This document shows, piece after piece, positions 18,872 to 27,262 of a stretch of DNA of 64,000 bases (the stretch's first letter is position 1; every line of letters starts with the position of its first letter). The position numbers were made by a program, and so were the translations under genes. The stretch is from the NCBI GenBank assembly GCA_963718235.1, contig CAVQYR010000002.1, positions 525,454 to 589,453 of the forward strand. The letters run 5' to 3'. The notes below the pieces were generated by a model, which saw only the letters and a list, made by a program, of their open reading frames with translations, made no database searches and was not told where the DNA came from. This DNA is from an uncultured Actinomycetota bacterium. Its GTDB lineage: Bacteria; Actinomycetota; Actinomycetes; JAHEKZ01.

Positions 18872-19918
18872 CTACGGGTCGTCGTCGGTGGCTCCCCGGC
18901 TCGCGAGCAGTCGGCGCAGTGACGCCAACCGCTCCGGGTCGGCGTGGCCGTCGGCCACCCAGCGGTCCAATGCGCAGTGCTCGTCGTCGTGGCCGCACCC
19001 ACGCGGACACTCCTCGGTGCCCGGCTCGAGGTCGGGGAAGGCGTGCATGAAGCGGCCCAGCTCGACGTGGGCGAGCCCGAACGACCGGATCCCGGGTGTG
19101 TCGACCACCCAGCCGCCCTGGGGGAGCCGTAGGGCCACCGCCGAGGTCGAGGTGTGACGGCCCCGCCCGGTGACCACGTTCACGTGCCCGGTGCTTCGTG
19201 CGGCGTCCGGGACGAGTGCGTTGACCAGCGTCGACTTCCCCACCCCGGAGTGACCGATGAGCGCCGTCTCGTGGTCGCGCAGGAGTGCGGCGAGCTGGCT
19301 CAGGTCACCGCCGCGCCTCGTGACCACGAACGGGACTCCCAAGGAGTCGTAGGTTGCGCGCAGCGACTCGTCGCTGGCGAGGTCGCTCTTGGTGAGCACG
19401 AGCAGCGGTTGCAGCCCGCCGTCGAACGCGGCAACGAGTGCGCGGTCGATCAGGCGGGTCCGCGGCTCCGGGTCCGCCAGGGCGACGACGACGGCGAGCT
19501 GGTCGGCGTTGGCCACGATGATCCGCTCGTCGGTGTCGGTGTCGTCCGCACTGCGGTGAAGGACGCTCGTGCGGGCCCGCCGCCGCACGATCCGGGCGAG
19601 TGCGTCCGAGCCACCGGCGAGGTCACCGACCAGCGAGACACGGTCGCCCACGACGATTCCCTTGCGGCCCAGCTCGCGCGCCTTGACCGCGTAGAGCGCG
19701 CGGTCGCCCTCGTCGACGAGCTCGACGGTGAACCTTCCGCGGTCGACGGCGGTCACGAAGCCTTCGGCGGCGTCGTCGTGCCCCGGTCGTACCTTGCTGC
19801 GCGGGCGGGCCTTTCCTCGGCCGGGGCGCACCCGGACGTCGTCCTCGTCGAGCTCTCGGCCCCGTGGACCGGCCCGCCGGGCGCTCACGCGGCCGCCGAG
19901 CCGACCAGGCGATGCCAC
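18872..19918 (-). CDS. rsgA: ribosome small-subunit-dependent GTPase A
   Basis: The circularly permuted GTPase motifs are LLVLTKSDL and GHSGVGKSTLVNAL. The C-terminal Zn cluster is ECPRGCGHDDEHC. Confidence 0.85.
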   Translation of the reverse strand: MASPGRLGGRVSARRAGPRGRELDEDDVRVRPGRGKARPRSKVRPGHDDAAEGFVTAVDRGRFTVELVDEGDRALYAVKARELGRKGIVVGDRVSLVGDLAGGSDALARIVRRRARTSVLHRSADDTDTDERIIVANADQLAVVVALADPEPRTRLIDRALVAAFDGGLQPLLVLTKSDLASDESLRATYDSLGVPFVVTRRGGDLSQLAALLRDHETALIGHSGVGKSTLVNALVPDAARSTGHVNVVTGRGRHTSTSAVALRLPQGGWVVDTPGIRSFGLAHVELGRFMHAFPDLEPGTEECPRGCGHDDEHCALDRWVADGHADPERLASLRRLLASRGATDDDP

Positions 19919-21183
19919 AGCTGCACGAACCCGGGGAGGGTCTTGCCGGTCGTGGCGATGTTCTCGACCGAAACACCAGCGACGCGCAGGCCGAGGATCG
20001 CCCCTGCGGTCGCCATCCGGTGGTCGTGGTAGGTGTGCCAGCGCCCGCCGGTCAGCGGCCGTGGCCTGATCGACAACCCGTCGTCGGTCACCGTGACGTC
20101 GCCCCCGAGGCGCGTGGCCTCGGCAGCGAGTGCGGCGAGCCGGTCGGTCTCGTGTCCCCTGAGGTAGTCGACCCCGCGGATCTGCGTCGGGCCGTCGGCC
20201 AGCAAGGCCAGGACGGCGACGGTGGGGGTGAGCTCGCCCAGGTCGCGCAGGTCGATCTCGCCGCCGCTGACCACACCGCGTCCACGAACGGTCACTCGCT
20301 CGTCGGTGAGGTCGACGGCACCCCCCAGCGCCTCGACCAGTGCCGTCACCGGGCCGATGGCCTGGACACTGCGTCGACCCAGCCCGTCGAACCGCACGGT
20401 CCCTCCTGTGAGCAGGGCAGCAGCGATGAAGGGCGTGGCATTGGACAGGTCGGGCTCGACCGCCCAGTCCCGAGCGGTCACCTCAGACGGCTCGACCCGC
20501 CAGGTCTCGGTCCCGCCGTCCGGCACCGGCGCCGCGTTGACCTGGTGCGCCGCGAGCATCCGAAGGGTGAGGTCGATGTGCGGCCGGTTGGGTGCCACCC
20601 GCCCGGTGTTGCGCAGCGTCAGCCCCTCGTCGAAGCGGGCGGCGGACAGCAGCAGCCCGGACACGAACTGCGAGGACTTCGAGACGTCGACGGACACGTC
20701 GCCGCCGGTGACCGACCCTGAGCCGACCACGGTGAAGGGAAGTGCCGACGCCTCGTCGGAGACCGCGACGCCGCAGGCCCGCAGCGCCTGGAGGAGCGGG
20801 CCCATCGGTCGCCGTCGGGCCGCCGGGTCGCCGTCGAACAGGACGGGTCCGCGGGCCAGGGCAGCCACCGGGGGCACGAACCGCATCACCGTTCCGGCCA
20901 GCCCGCAGTCCACCGAGACGTGACCGTGCAGTGGGCCGGGCTGGACCGACCAGCTGGTCTCGTCTACGGGCTCGATGCCGACCCCGAGCGAGCGGAGCGC
21001 GTCGACCATGAGCTGGGTGTCTCGTGCAGCGAGCGCTCCACTGACGACCGAAGGACCGTTCGCCAGAGCCGACAGGACGAGCGCCCGGTTGGTCATCGAC
21101 TTCGAACCGGGAAGCGTGACCTCCGCGTCCACCGGTGTCGCGGCGACGGGAGCGGGCCACCACATCTCGTCGCCGGTCGTCAC
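19885..21183 (-). CDS. aroA: 3-phosphoshikimate 1-carboxyvinyltransferase (EPSP synthase)
   Basis: 432 aa. The N-terminus LPGSKSMTNRALVLSALA and the full-length EPSPS architecture support the call. It overlaps rsgA by 34 nt. Confidence 0.9.
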   Translation of the reverse strand: MTTGDEMWWPAPVAATPVDAEVTLPGSKSMTNRALVLSALANGPSVVSGALAARDTQLMVDALRSLGVGIEPVDETSWSVQPGPLHGHVSVDCGLAGTVMRFVPPVAALARGPVLFDGDPAARRRPMGPLLQALRACGVAVSDEASALPFTVVGSGSVTGGDVSVDVSKSSQFVSGLLLSAARFDEGLTLRNTGRVAPNRPHIDLTLRMLAAHQVNAAPVPDGGTETWRVEPSEVTARDWAVEPDLSNATPFIAAALLTGGTVRFDGLGRRSVQAIGPVTALVEALGGAVDLTDERVTVRGRGVVSGGEIDLRDLGELTPTVAVLALLADGPTQIRGVDYLRGHETDRLAALAAEATRLGGDVTVTDDGLSIRPRPLTGGRWHTYHDHRMATAGAILGLRVAGVSVENIATTGKTLPGFVQLWHRLVGSAAA

Positions 21184-21251
21184 TTCCTCAGACTACCGAG
21201 CGCCGGGCGAGCGGCCTTCGAGCCGACGCGACCCGCGTCTAGGGTGGGCGC

Positions 21252-22037
21252 ATGTGCGGCAGGTACGCGGCAGCCAAGGACCCGGCTGCTCTCGTCGAGG
21301 AGTTCGAGGTCGAGGAGTCACTGGTCGACCAACCCCTTGCCGCCGACTACAACGTGGCTCCGACCAAGCAGGTGTACGTCGTCGTCCAACGACGCGCCAA
21401 GGACGCGCCTGACGACGAGGTCGTGACCAGGCAGCTGAGGGTGGCCAAGTGGGGTCTGGTGCCGTCGTGGGCGAAGGACCCCGCGATCGGGTCACGGATG
21501 ATCAACGCACGTGCGGAGACCCTGACCGAGAAGCCGGCGTACAAGCGGGCCTTCGCCGCCAGGCGTTGCCTGCTCCCGGCCGACGGCTACTACGAGTGGT
21601 ACACCCCGGACAGTGCGTCGGCGGCGCCCAGAACGGCCAAGGGCAAGCCGCGCAAGCAGCCGTTCTACATCCACTCCGACGACGGTTCGTCGCTGGCGAT
21701 GGCCGGGCTGTACGAGTGGTGGCACGACCCCAGCAAGGACCGGGACGACCCCACGACCTGGCTGCTGACGACCACGGTGATCACCACGGCGGCAAGTGAG
21801 CAGGTGGGGCACATCCACGACCGCATGCCCCTGGTGGTGCCGAAGGCCGACTGGGCCGCCTGGCTGGACCCCGACCTGAAGGACCCGGCGCGGCTGGTGC
21901 CGGTGCTGGTGTCGGCGGGGACTCCCGCGCACTCGGTCGCGCTGACCGCGTACCCGGTGTCGACCGAGGTCAACGACGTCCGACACAACGGCCCTCAGCT
22001 GTTGGAGCCCCTGCCCCTCGACCACGCCGCGGAGTGA
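21252..22037 (+). CDS. SOS-response-associated peptidase (SRAP/YedK, abasic-site processing)
   Basis: The N-terminal MCGRY has the catalytic Cys2. Downstream motifs match the SRAP family (FAFAGLYEWW-type: LAMAGLYEWW). Confidence 0.85.
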   Translation: MCGRYAAAKDPAALVEEFEVEESLVDQPLAADYNVAPTKQVYVVVQRRAKDAPDDEVVTRQLRVAKWGLVPSWAKDPAIGSRMINARAETLTEKPAYKRAFAARRCLLPADGYYEWYTPDSASAAPRTAKGKPRKQPFYIHSDDGSSLAMAGLYEWWHDPSKDRDDPTTWLLTTTVITTAASEQVGHIHDRMPLVVPKADWAAWLDPDLKDPARLVPVLVSAGTPAHSVALTAYPVSTEVNDVRHNGPQLLEPLPLDHAAE

Positions 22038-22735
22038 CCCGAACCAGGCTGGTGCGGACCCCGCGCGGCCGGGCCCGGCTGCACGTCCATCTGGCGCCGA
22101 TGTCGACCCGGGCGCTGCTCGTGCTGGGGCACGGAGCAGGCGGCGGGGTGGACGCCCCGGACCTGGCCGCGCTAGCCCGGTGGCTCCCCGCGCGGGGGGT
22201 GAGCGTGGTGCGGGTCGAGCAGCCTTGGAAGGTGGCCGGACGCCGGGTCGCCTCGCCTCCGACCTGGTTGGACGAGGCGTGGGTCCCTGCGGTGTCGGCG
22301 GCCCGACGCCTCTGCCCCGAGGTGCCAGTCGTCGTCGGAGGGCGGAGCGCAGGGGCGCGGGTCGCCTGTCGGTGTGCCCGGGCGACCGGCGCTCGGGGAG
22401 TGCTCGCCCTCGCCTTCCCGCTGCACCCGCCGCAGCGTCCCGAACGCAGCCGGGCCGGGGAGCTGGAGGTGCACCTGCCCCTGCTGGTGGTCCAGGGTGA
22501 GCGTGACGCCTTGGGGACGCCGGCCGAGCTGCGCGCCGCCTTGTCGCCGAGCGGCGGCTCTGGACGGGGGTCGCGCTCGGAGCTGGTGGCGATCCCGGCT
22601 GCCGACCACGGGTTCGGTGTGCCGCGCCGCGGGCCGATCACCCCCGCGGAGGTCGACAGCCTGATCGTGGAGGCGGTGGTGGGCTGGATCGCCGCGGTCG
22701 AGGCCGGCCGACCCGGTGGGGAATCTTCACCGTAG
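22034..22735 (+). CDS. alpha/beta hydrolase-fold protein (KANL3/dienelactone-hydrolase-like predicted hydrolase)
   Basis: It starts with a GTG that overlaps the previous stop (GTGA). The sequence contains [10 protein letters not shown]...[12 protein letters not shown]...AADHGF. Confidence 0.7.
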   Translation: MTRTRLVRTPRGRARLHVHLAPMSTRALLVLGHGAGGGVDAPDLAALARWLPARGVSVVRVEQPWKVAGRRVASPPTWLDEAWVPAVSAARRLCPEVPVVVGGRSAGARVACRCARATGARGVLALAFPLHPPQRPERSRAGELEVHLPLLVVQGERDALGTPAELRAALSPSGGSGRGSRSELVAIPAADHGFGVPRRGPITPAEVDSLIVEAVVGWIAAVEAGRPGGESSP

Positions 22736-22836
22736 GCGGTGGCGTTGCCCCTGGCGTGACGAGGACGAGTGCCCCACGGGCGCTGCAGGCACGGGGGGGC
22801 GATGGCGCGTCCCTCGCGCCGCTACCCTTCGGCGTG

Positions 22837-23496
22837 ATGACTGACGACACTCACGACACCCACGACGCTGACGGCGCTGCGGGCGACCCGGCCGACGAGA
22901 GCATCGAGCAGCGCACGGCTCGCTTCGAGCGCGACGCGCTGCCCTACCTCGACCAGCTCTACGGAGCGGCCCTGCGGATGACGCGCAACCCGGCCGATGC
23001 CGAGGACCTCGTCCAGGAGACCTTCGCCAAGGCGTTCTCGGCCTTCCACCAGTACCGCGACGGCACCAACCTCAAGGCCTGGCTCTACCGCATCCTGACG
23101 AACACGTTCATCAACACCTACCGCAAGAAGCAGCGGGAGCCCCAGCAGTCGATGGCCGAGGAGGTCGAGGACTGGCAGCTCGCCCGGGCCGCCGAGCACA
23201 CGTCGGCAGGACTGCGCTCGGCGGAGGCGGAGGCCCTCGACCGGCTGCCGGACAGCGACATCAAGGATGCGCTGAACGAGCTCAGCGACGACTTCCGGCT
23301 CGCGGTCTACCTCGCCGACGTCGAGGGCTTCGCGTACAAGGAGATCGCCGACATCATGGGGACACCGATCGGCACGGTCATGTCCCGGCTGCATCGGGGG
23401 CGCAAGCAGCTGCGCACCCTTCTGGAGGACTACGCGATCGAGCGAGGGCTCATCCCCGCGACCACCGGCGGGGACCAGGAGGAGGAGGGGTCATGA
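22837..23496 (+). CDS. sigH: ECF sigma-70 factor of the SigH/SigR (thiol-oxidative stress) type
   Basis: Region 2 is [20 protein letters not shown]...[16 protein letters not shown]. Region 4 is [42 protein letters not shown]. The ZAS anti-sigma gene immediately downstream is 4-nt coupled to it. The start could be the ATG at 22837 or the upstream one at 22756. Confidence 0.85.
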   Translation: MTDDTHDTHDADGAAGDPADESIEQRTARFERDALPYLDQLYGAALRMTRNPADAEDLVQETFAKAFSAFHQYRDGTNLKAWLYRILTNTFINTYRKKQREPQQSMAEEVEDWQLARAAEHTSAGLRSAEAEALDRLPDSDIKDALNELSDDFRLAVYLADVEGFAYKEIADIMGTPIGTVMSRLHRGRKQLRTLLEDYAIERGLIPATTGGDQEEEGS

Positions 23497-23774
23497 GCTG
23501 CGGGAACCCGCACGCGGTCGACTGCTCGAAGGTGCTCGAGACCGTCTACCTCTACCTCGACGGCGAGATCGACCACTCCGAGCTCGGGGTCATCCGAGAG
23601 CACCTCGACGAGTGTTCGCCGTGTCTTCGCGAGTACGGAATCGAACGCGAGGTCAAGCAGCTGGTGGCCCGTAGCTGCTGCGAGACGGCGCCGGAGTCGC
23701 TGCGGCACGCGGTGATCGCGCGGATCCGGGTGGTGCGCACCGAGATGACCCAGGTGGAGTTCCGCGCCGACTGA
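23493..23774 (+). CDS. rshA: ZAS-family anti-sigma factor (RsrA/RshA-like)
   Basis: 93 aa with an HxxxCxxC zinc motif ([12 protein letters not shown]) and further Cys residues at the N-terminus. It overlaps the sigma gene (ATGA). Confidence 0.8.
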   Translation: MSCGNPHAVDCSKVLETVYLYLDGEIDHSELGVIREHLDECSPCLREYGIEREVKQLVARSCCETAPESLRHAVIARIRVVRTEMTQVEFRAD

Positions 23775-23812
23775 TCGTCGTTCGCACCGGACCAGGCCCG
23801 GCGAACGTCGGG

Positions 23813-23887
23813 TCAGGCGGCCGGCCGGTTACCGTGGTTGGCCTTCTTCTTCTTGCGGTCCTTGCGCTTGCGCGAGCTCTTGCTCAT
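23813..23887 (-). CDS. 24-aa ribosomal protein bL37-like
   Basis: This ORF is not in the ORF track. The ATG at about 23887 is preceded by GGAGA 5 nt upstream. It encodes MSKSSRKRKDRKKKKANHGNRPAA, which matches in length and in the KANHG(K/N)RP C-terminus the mycobacterial bL37 small ribosomal protein as I recall it. Confidence 0.55.
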   Translation of the reverse strand: MSKSSRKRKDRKKKKANHGNRPAA

Positions 23888-23990
23888 GGTGTCTCCAGGC
23901 TGGGTCGAGTCGGGTTCCGCTGGTGGGTTCCGCTGGTGGCGGCGCGGCTCAGGTGAGCCCCGAGTTTCTCACAGGGCCCCACACCCTCGG

Positions 23991-24749
23991 TCAGCCGGCG
24001 ATCCGGCGGTTGAGGGCATCGAGCACCGAGCGGGCTACCGCGTCGGCCTCGTCGCCTCGGATGACCGCGCTGCCACTGGTCGACTGTGGGCCGATCCGCG
24101 GCACGTTCACGACGAGCACGGTCAGGGCCACGCTGTGGATCCCGGCCTCGATCACCGTGACCGACTCGACCTCGGTCGGCAGCCCCAGCAGCGGCTCGAG
24201 GGCCGACAGGGTCGCCTGGGCCACGAGTCGATGACGGTAGGAGGCGGCTCCGGACCCTGACGCCGCGCCGTCGAAGGTCTCGTCGCCGAAGGCCAGTCGA
24301 ACCACGGCCTCGGCCTCTGCGCCGGACGTGCGGACCGTCAGCGACGTGATTGCCGGCCGCACGGTCTCCTCCGAGTCAGCCTCGACGACGTCGTCGCGGA
24401 CCGGCACCGGACCGGCCTCCTGAGACTCAGCCGCGAGGACGCTCGGTGCTGTCGGGGTCTGCGAGGTCGGCGCCTCGGCCGGGGGCCGGGTCGCCCCGTT
24501 GGGCGGGGTGGCGTCCTCCTCGCCGATCTGGACCACGCTCACGATCCGGTGGTCCAGATCGATGTCGTAGCGGGTCAGCGCCACCGACTGGACGTCGCGG
24601 ACGAGCTGCTTGGCGGGCTTGCCCGGGGACGCCAGCACGTGGACCTCGGTCGGGACCGCTTTGGGGTCGGTGACCACACTGACCGCGCGGATCCCGGGGA
24701 TCTGGCGCAGCGCGTCCTCCAGGGCGGGCAGCAGACGCAACGTGGGCAT
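23991..24749 (-). CDS. hypothetical protein (two similar beta-rich halves)
   Basis: I take the internal ATG at 24749 (MPTLRLLPALEDALRQIPGIRAVSVV...), which has GAGAGAG about 11 nt upstream. The listed ORF starts at 24791. I recognise no family for it. Confidence 0.5.
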   Translation of the reverse strand: MPTLRLLPALEDALRQIPGIRAVSVVTDPKAVPTEVHVLASPGKPAKQLVRDVQSVALTRYDIDLDHRIVSVVQIGEEDATPPNGATRPPAEAPTSQTPTAPSVLAAESQEAGPVPVRDDVVEADSEETVRPAITSLTVRTSGAEAEAVVRLAFGDETFDGAASGSGAASYRHRLVAQATLSALEPLLGLPTEVESVTVIEAGIHSVALTVLVVNVPRIGPQSTSGSAVIRGDEADAVARSVLDALNRRIAG

Positions 24750-24803
24750 GAAGGTCAGTCTCTCTCGGGTATGGGTCACGGGGTTGCGCATCGGTCAGAC
24801 AGG

Positions 24804-25220
24804 TCAGGGGTCGCTGGGCAGGACGGTGAGCCCGGCGACCAGGAGCCGACGGGGGGTGGGGTCGTAGGGAGCTTCGTCTCCAGCGTCACCCTCGTCGTAG
24901 GACGGCCCCTCGTCGAGGACGTCCTCGGTGGGTTCCTGGTCGAGGATGTCCTCGTCACGAGCCTCGGCGCGGGCCTGTTCGAGGCCGAGCATCGCGGCCG
25001 GAACGGCCGTACGGGCGTGCTCGACGAGCCCTCGCACCGACTCCCGCTGGAGCCAGCGCAGCCGCCGGGCGGTGTCGGGGTCGAGGTGACCGCTGGCCAC
25101 CGCCGCCGCCACCTCCTCGTCGAAGCGCTGGGTGGCGACGTCGTCACGGACGTCCAGGAGACCGGCGACGAGGTCGCCGTAGGCGGCCGTCCTGGCCGAG
25201 CTGCGAGCCGTGTCGATCAC
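24804..25220 (-). CDS. hypothetical protein with an acidic C-terminal tail
   Basis: I take the internal GTG near 25220 (VIDTARSS...), which has a GGGGAGG SD 7 nt upstream. The listed ORF extends to 25334 with low-complexity sequence. It is 12 nt upstream of the previous gene. Confidence 0.45.
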   Translation of the reverse strand: MIDTARSSARTAAYGDLVAGLLDVRDDVATQRFDEEVAAAVASGHLDPDTARRLRWLQRESVRGLVEHARTAVPAAMLGLEQARAEARDEDILDQEPTEDVLDEGPSYDEGDAGDEAPYDPTPRRLLVAGLTVLPSDP

Positions 25221-25357
25221 CGGATGTGCCTCCCCCCAACCGTCGCCCGCCCGCGCAGCGGGCACGCCGCGTGAGGACGAGGCTAGGGCAGCGAGATCGC
25301 CGCTGAGCCAGGGCCGGGTACAAGCCTGCGCCATTCGGGTTGGGGCTAGTGCTTGAT

Positions 25358-25386
25358 GACTATTTCTTATAGTCCAGAAGGACTAT
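25358..25386. promoter_or_regulatory. AT-rich island with a GACTAT-N5-ATAGTC palindrome and a third GACTAT half-site
   Basis: The island GACTATTTCTTATAGTCCAGAAGGACTAT is the lowest-GC stretch in the window. It lies in the divergent region between the 24804..25220 hypothetical gene and the HD-GYP leader. Confidence 0.4.
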
Positions 25387-25496
25387 GTGCGCACGACGGT
25401 TCGGGATCGACCTGCCCGGTGTCTTGACGGCACCACCCGTCACACCCTTCACTTCCGTTCGGTGGCATGTCTGATTTATCCCAGGCAGCCCCGGCA

Positions 25497-25524
25497 CAGC
25501 ACGACGGCACAGCACGACGGCACT
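25497..25524 (+). repeat. 13-nt tandem direct repeat (ACAGCACGACGGC x2) in the HD-GYP leader
   Basis: The repeat reads directly in the sequence as cacagcacgacggcacagcacgacggcac. Confidence 0.5.
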
Positions 25525-25575
25525 CACCACAACTGCACAGGGCGAAGCCAGGATCGGCAGCATTGGGGGTTCGAC

Positions 25576-25612
25576 CCCGTCGTCCTCGTGACGACGGGCA
25601 CGAGCTTTGTTT
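25576..25612 (+). terminator. terminator/attenuator-like hairpin inside the 5' leader of the HD-GYP operon
   Basis: The element is CCCGTCGTC-ctcgt-GACGACGGG, a perfect 9-bp stem. It is followed by cacgagcTTTGTTTCat. It lies about 200 nt upstream of the HD-GYP start codon. Confidence 0.35.
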
Positions 25613-25685
25613 CATCCAGCGGAGCGAATCGCGCGCGAGCCAACCAGCGGGGCTCGTGACACTCCAACGGAGGTGATTCCCACCG

Positions 25686-25751
25686 ATGAGCAAGATCGTG
25701 GCAGCTGTCGAGCGTGCCCTCGCCGCAGGCGCAGGGTGGGCCTGGAACTGA
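25686..25751 (+). CDS. 21-aa upstream ORF (candidate leader peptide)
   Basis: A GGAGGTGA SD lies 9 nt before the ATG. It encodes MSKIVAAVERALAAGAGWAWN and ends 56 nt before the HD-GYP gene start. Confidence 0.3.
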   Translation: MSKIVAAVERALAAGAGWAWN

Positions 25752-25807
25752 CCCCACAGCTGCCGATCCTGGTTTCGCCCTTTGCGCCTTCCCCAGGAGT
25801 GGAGCCG

Positions 25808-27262
25808 ATGCAGGCACTGCGCCCCGCGGCGCGCGGCTACATCGCGGTGGTCATCACCATGGCCGCCGTGGCTGTCGTCGTGTCGATGGCGGCCGCCCTC
25901 GGAGTCATCGACGTCGAGATTCTGCGCATCTCCGAGGTTGACGATTTTTGGCAAACGATCATCGTGCTCGCCCCCGTGTACGTCCTCGCCACCTCCACAC
26001 CGTCGGCCATGGCGGTCCCGGTGGCCATGATGGCGAACGTCCCGGTGCTCTTCGCGGCCTACCTGATCGCCGGTCCGGCCGCCGCCGTCCTCGTCGCCGC
26101 GTCCGGGCTCCTCGCGTTCACCTCGGTCCCGTGGGTCAAGCGAGGTTTCAACACCGCCCAGTTCACCCTGATCGGCCTGGGCGCCGGCCTGGTCTACGTG
26201 ATGCTCGACGGCCCCTTCGCCGAGGACTTCGCGGCGGCCAACTTCGGACGGGACATCCTGGTTCCGGTCGTCGCCTCCAACGTCGCAGCGATGGTGCTGA
26301 ACGGGCTCCTGCTCTTCGGCGTGCTCCGTACCGCCGAGGGACTGTCCTTCCGGTCCATGTGGCGCACCGTCATCGCCGGCTCGGCCGTGCCCTACCTCGG
26401 GTACGGGCTGTTCGGACTCCTCATGGCGGTGCTGTGGTCCGTCGGCAGCGGGTTCGGTGCGACTCTGGTGCTGCTTCCGCTGCTCATCGCCCGCTGGGCG
26501 TACCGGCAGTACGCCGAGCAGCAGCGGGCGTACGAGGCGACCATCGCCGCGATGGTGCAGGCGGTCGAGACCAAGGACCACTACACCCGTGGACACAGCG
26601 AGCGCGTGTCGCGAGCCGCAGTGATGATCGCCCGCGTCCGGGGCATGACGGCGGACCGGGTGAACGCCCTGCGCTACGCCGGGATCCTGCACGACGTCGG
26701 CAAGCTGGGTGTGCCCACACGTTTGCTGCAGAAGACCGGCCCCCTGGCCGACGGTGAGTACGAGCGGATCAAGATGCACCCGGTGCACGGCACCGAGATG
26801 GTTCGTGGGATCACCTTCCTGGAAGAGGCGTACGAGGGGATCCTGCACCACCACGAGCGCCTCGACGGTCTCGGCTACCCCAGCGGTCTGAAGGGCATGG
26901 ACATCCCCGAGTTCGCCCGCGCCATCGCCGTCGCCGACGCCTTCGACTCGATGACGTCGACCCGTTCGTACCGAGGGGCTCGCAGCGTCGAGAAGGCGCT
27001 GGAGGAGCTGGACCGCTGGAAGGGTACCCAGTTCGACCCGGCCATGGTCGACGCGCTCGTGACGGCATTGGAGCGCGAACCGTGGAAGACCACCGCGGTC
27101 GTCGTCGACACCGCTGACGGCGAGACGCCGGTCGCCGCGAGCTTCGACCACGACGACCCGGGCGCCCCGATCCCACTTGGCAGCGACCAGGCCCTGGCTG
27201 CGGCCGCCGAGGAAGCCGAGAGCGCCCAGGTGTCGGCCCTGCGACGTCAGGACGACGCATGA
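25808..27262 (+). CDS. membrane-anchored HD-GYP domain protein (putative c-di-GMP phosphodiesterase)
   Basis: An AGGAGTGGAG SD precedes the ATG at 25808. About 7 N-terminal TM helices are followed by an HD-GYP domain (HSERVS...HDVGKLGV...HHERLDGLGYPSGLKG). Confidence 0.8.
   Translation: MQALRPAARGYIAVVITMAAVAVVVSMAAALGVIDVEILRISEVDDFWQTIIVLAPVYVLATSTPSAMAVPVAMMANVPVLFAAYLIAGPAAAVLVAASGLLAFTSVPWVKRGFNTAQFTLIGLGAGLVYVMLDGPFAEDFAAANFGRDILVPVVASNVAAMVLNGLLLFGVLRTAEGLSFRSMWRTVIAGSAVPYLGYGLFGLLMAVLWSVGSGFGATLVLLPLLIARWAYRQYAEQQRAYEATIAAMVQAVETKDHYTRGHSERVSRAAVMIARVRGMTADRVNALRYAGILHDVGKLGVPTRLLQKTGPLADGEYERIKMHPVHGTEMVRGITFLEEAYEGILHHHERLDGLGYPSGLKGMDIPEFARAIAVADAFDSMTSTRSYRGARSVEKALEELDRWKGTQFDPAMVDALVTALEREPWKTTAVVVDTADGETPVAASFDHDDPGAPIPLGSDQALAAAAEEAESAQVSALRRQDDA

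Noticed and set aside
25360-25563. 67-aa minus-strand ORF (MLPILASPCAVVVSAVVLCRR...HIVLLDYKK) in the HD-GYP leader
   Set aside because: It has no SD. Its sequence is partly dictated by the 13-nt tandem repeat. It is an unconvincing protein, though a small hydrophobic peptide cannot be excluded.
25565-25580. tRNA-like T-arm (GGGGGTTCGACCCC)
   Set aside because: Only a 4-5 bp stem with a 5-nt loop is present. There are no flanking acceptor, D or anticodon arms, so it is not a tRNA.
25480-25620. Possible c-di-GMP (GEMM) riboswitch upstream of the HD-GYP gene
   Set aside because: The CACAGGGCgAAgCC segment loosely resembles the GEMM 5' region. The conserved ACGCAAAGC core and the second GNRA/receptor hairpin are not evident. 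I cannot support the call without covariance-model scoring.
25367-27151. 594-aa minus-strand ORF, and the 664-aa ORF 27247..29241, antisense to the HD-GYP pair
   Set aside because: These are GC-rich antisense artefacts. The sense genes carry HD-GYP motifs, TM helices and SDs.
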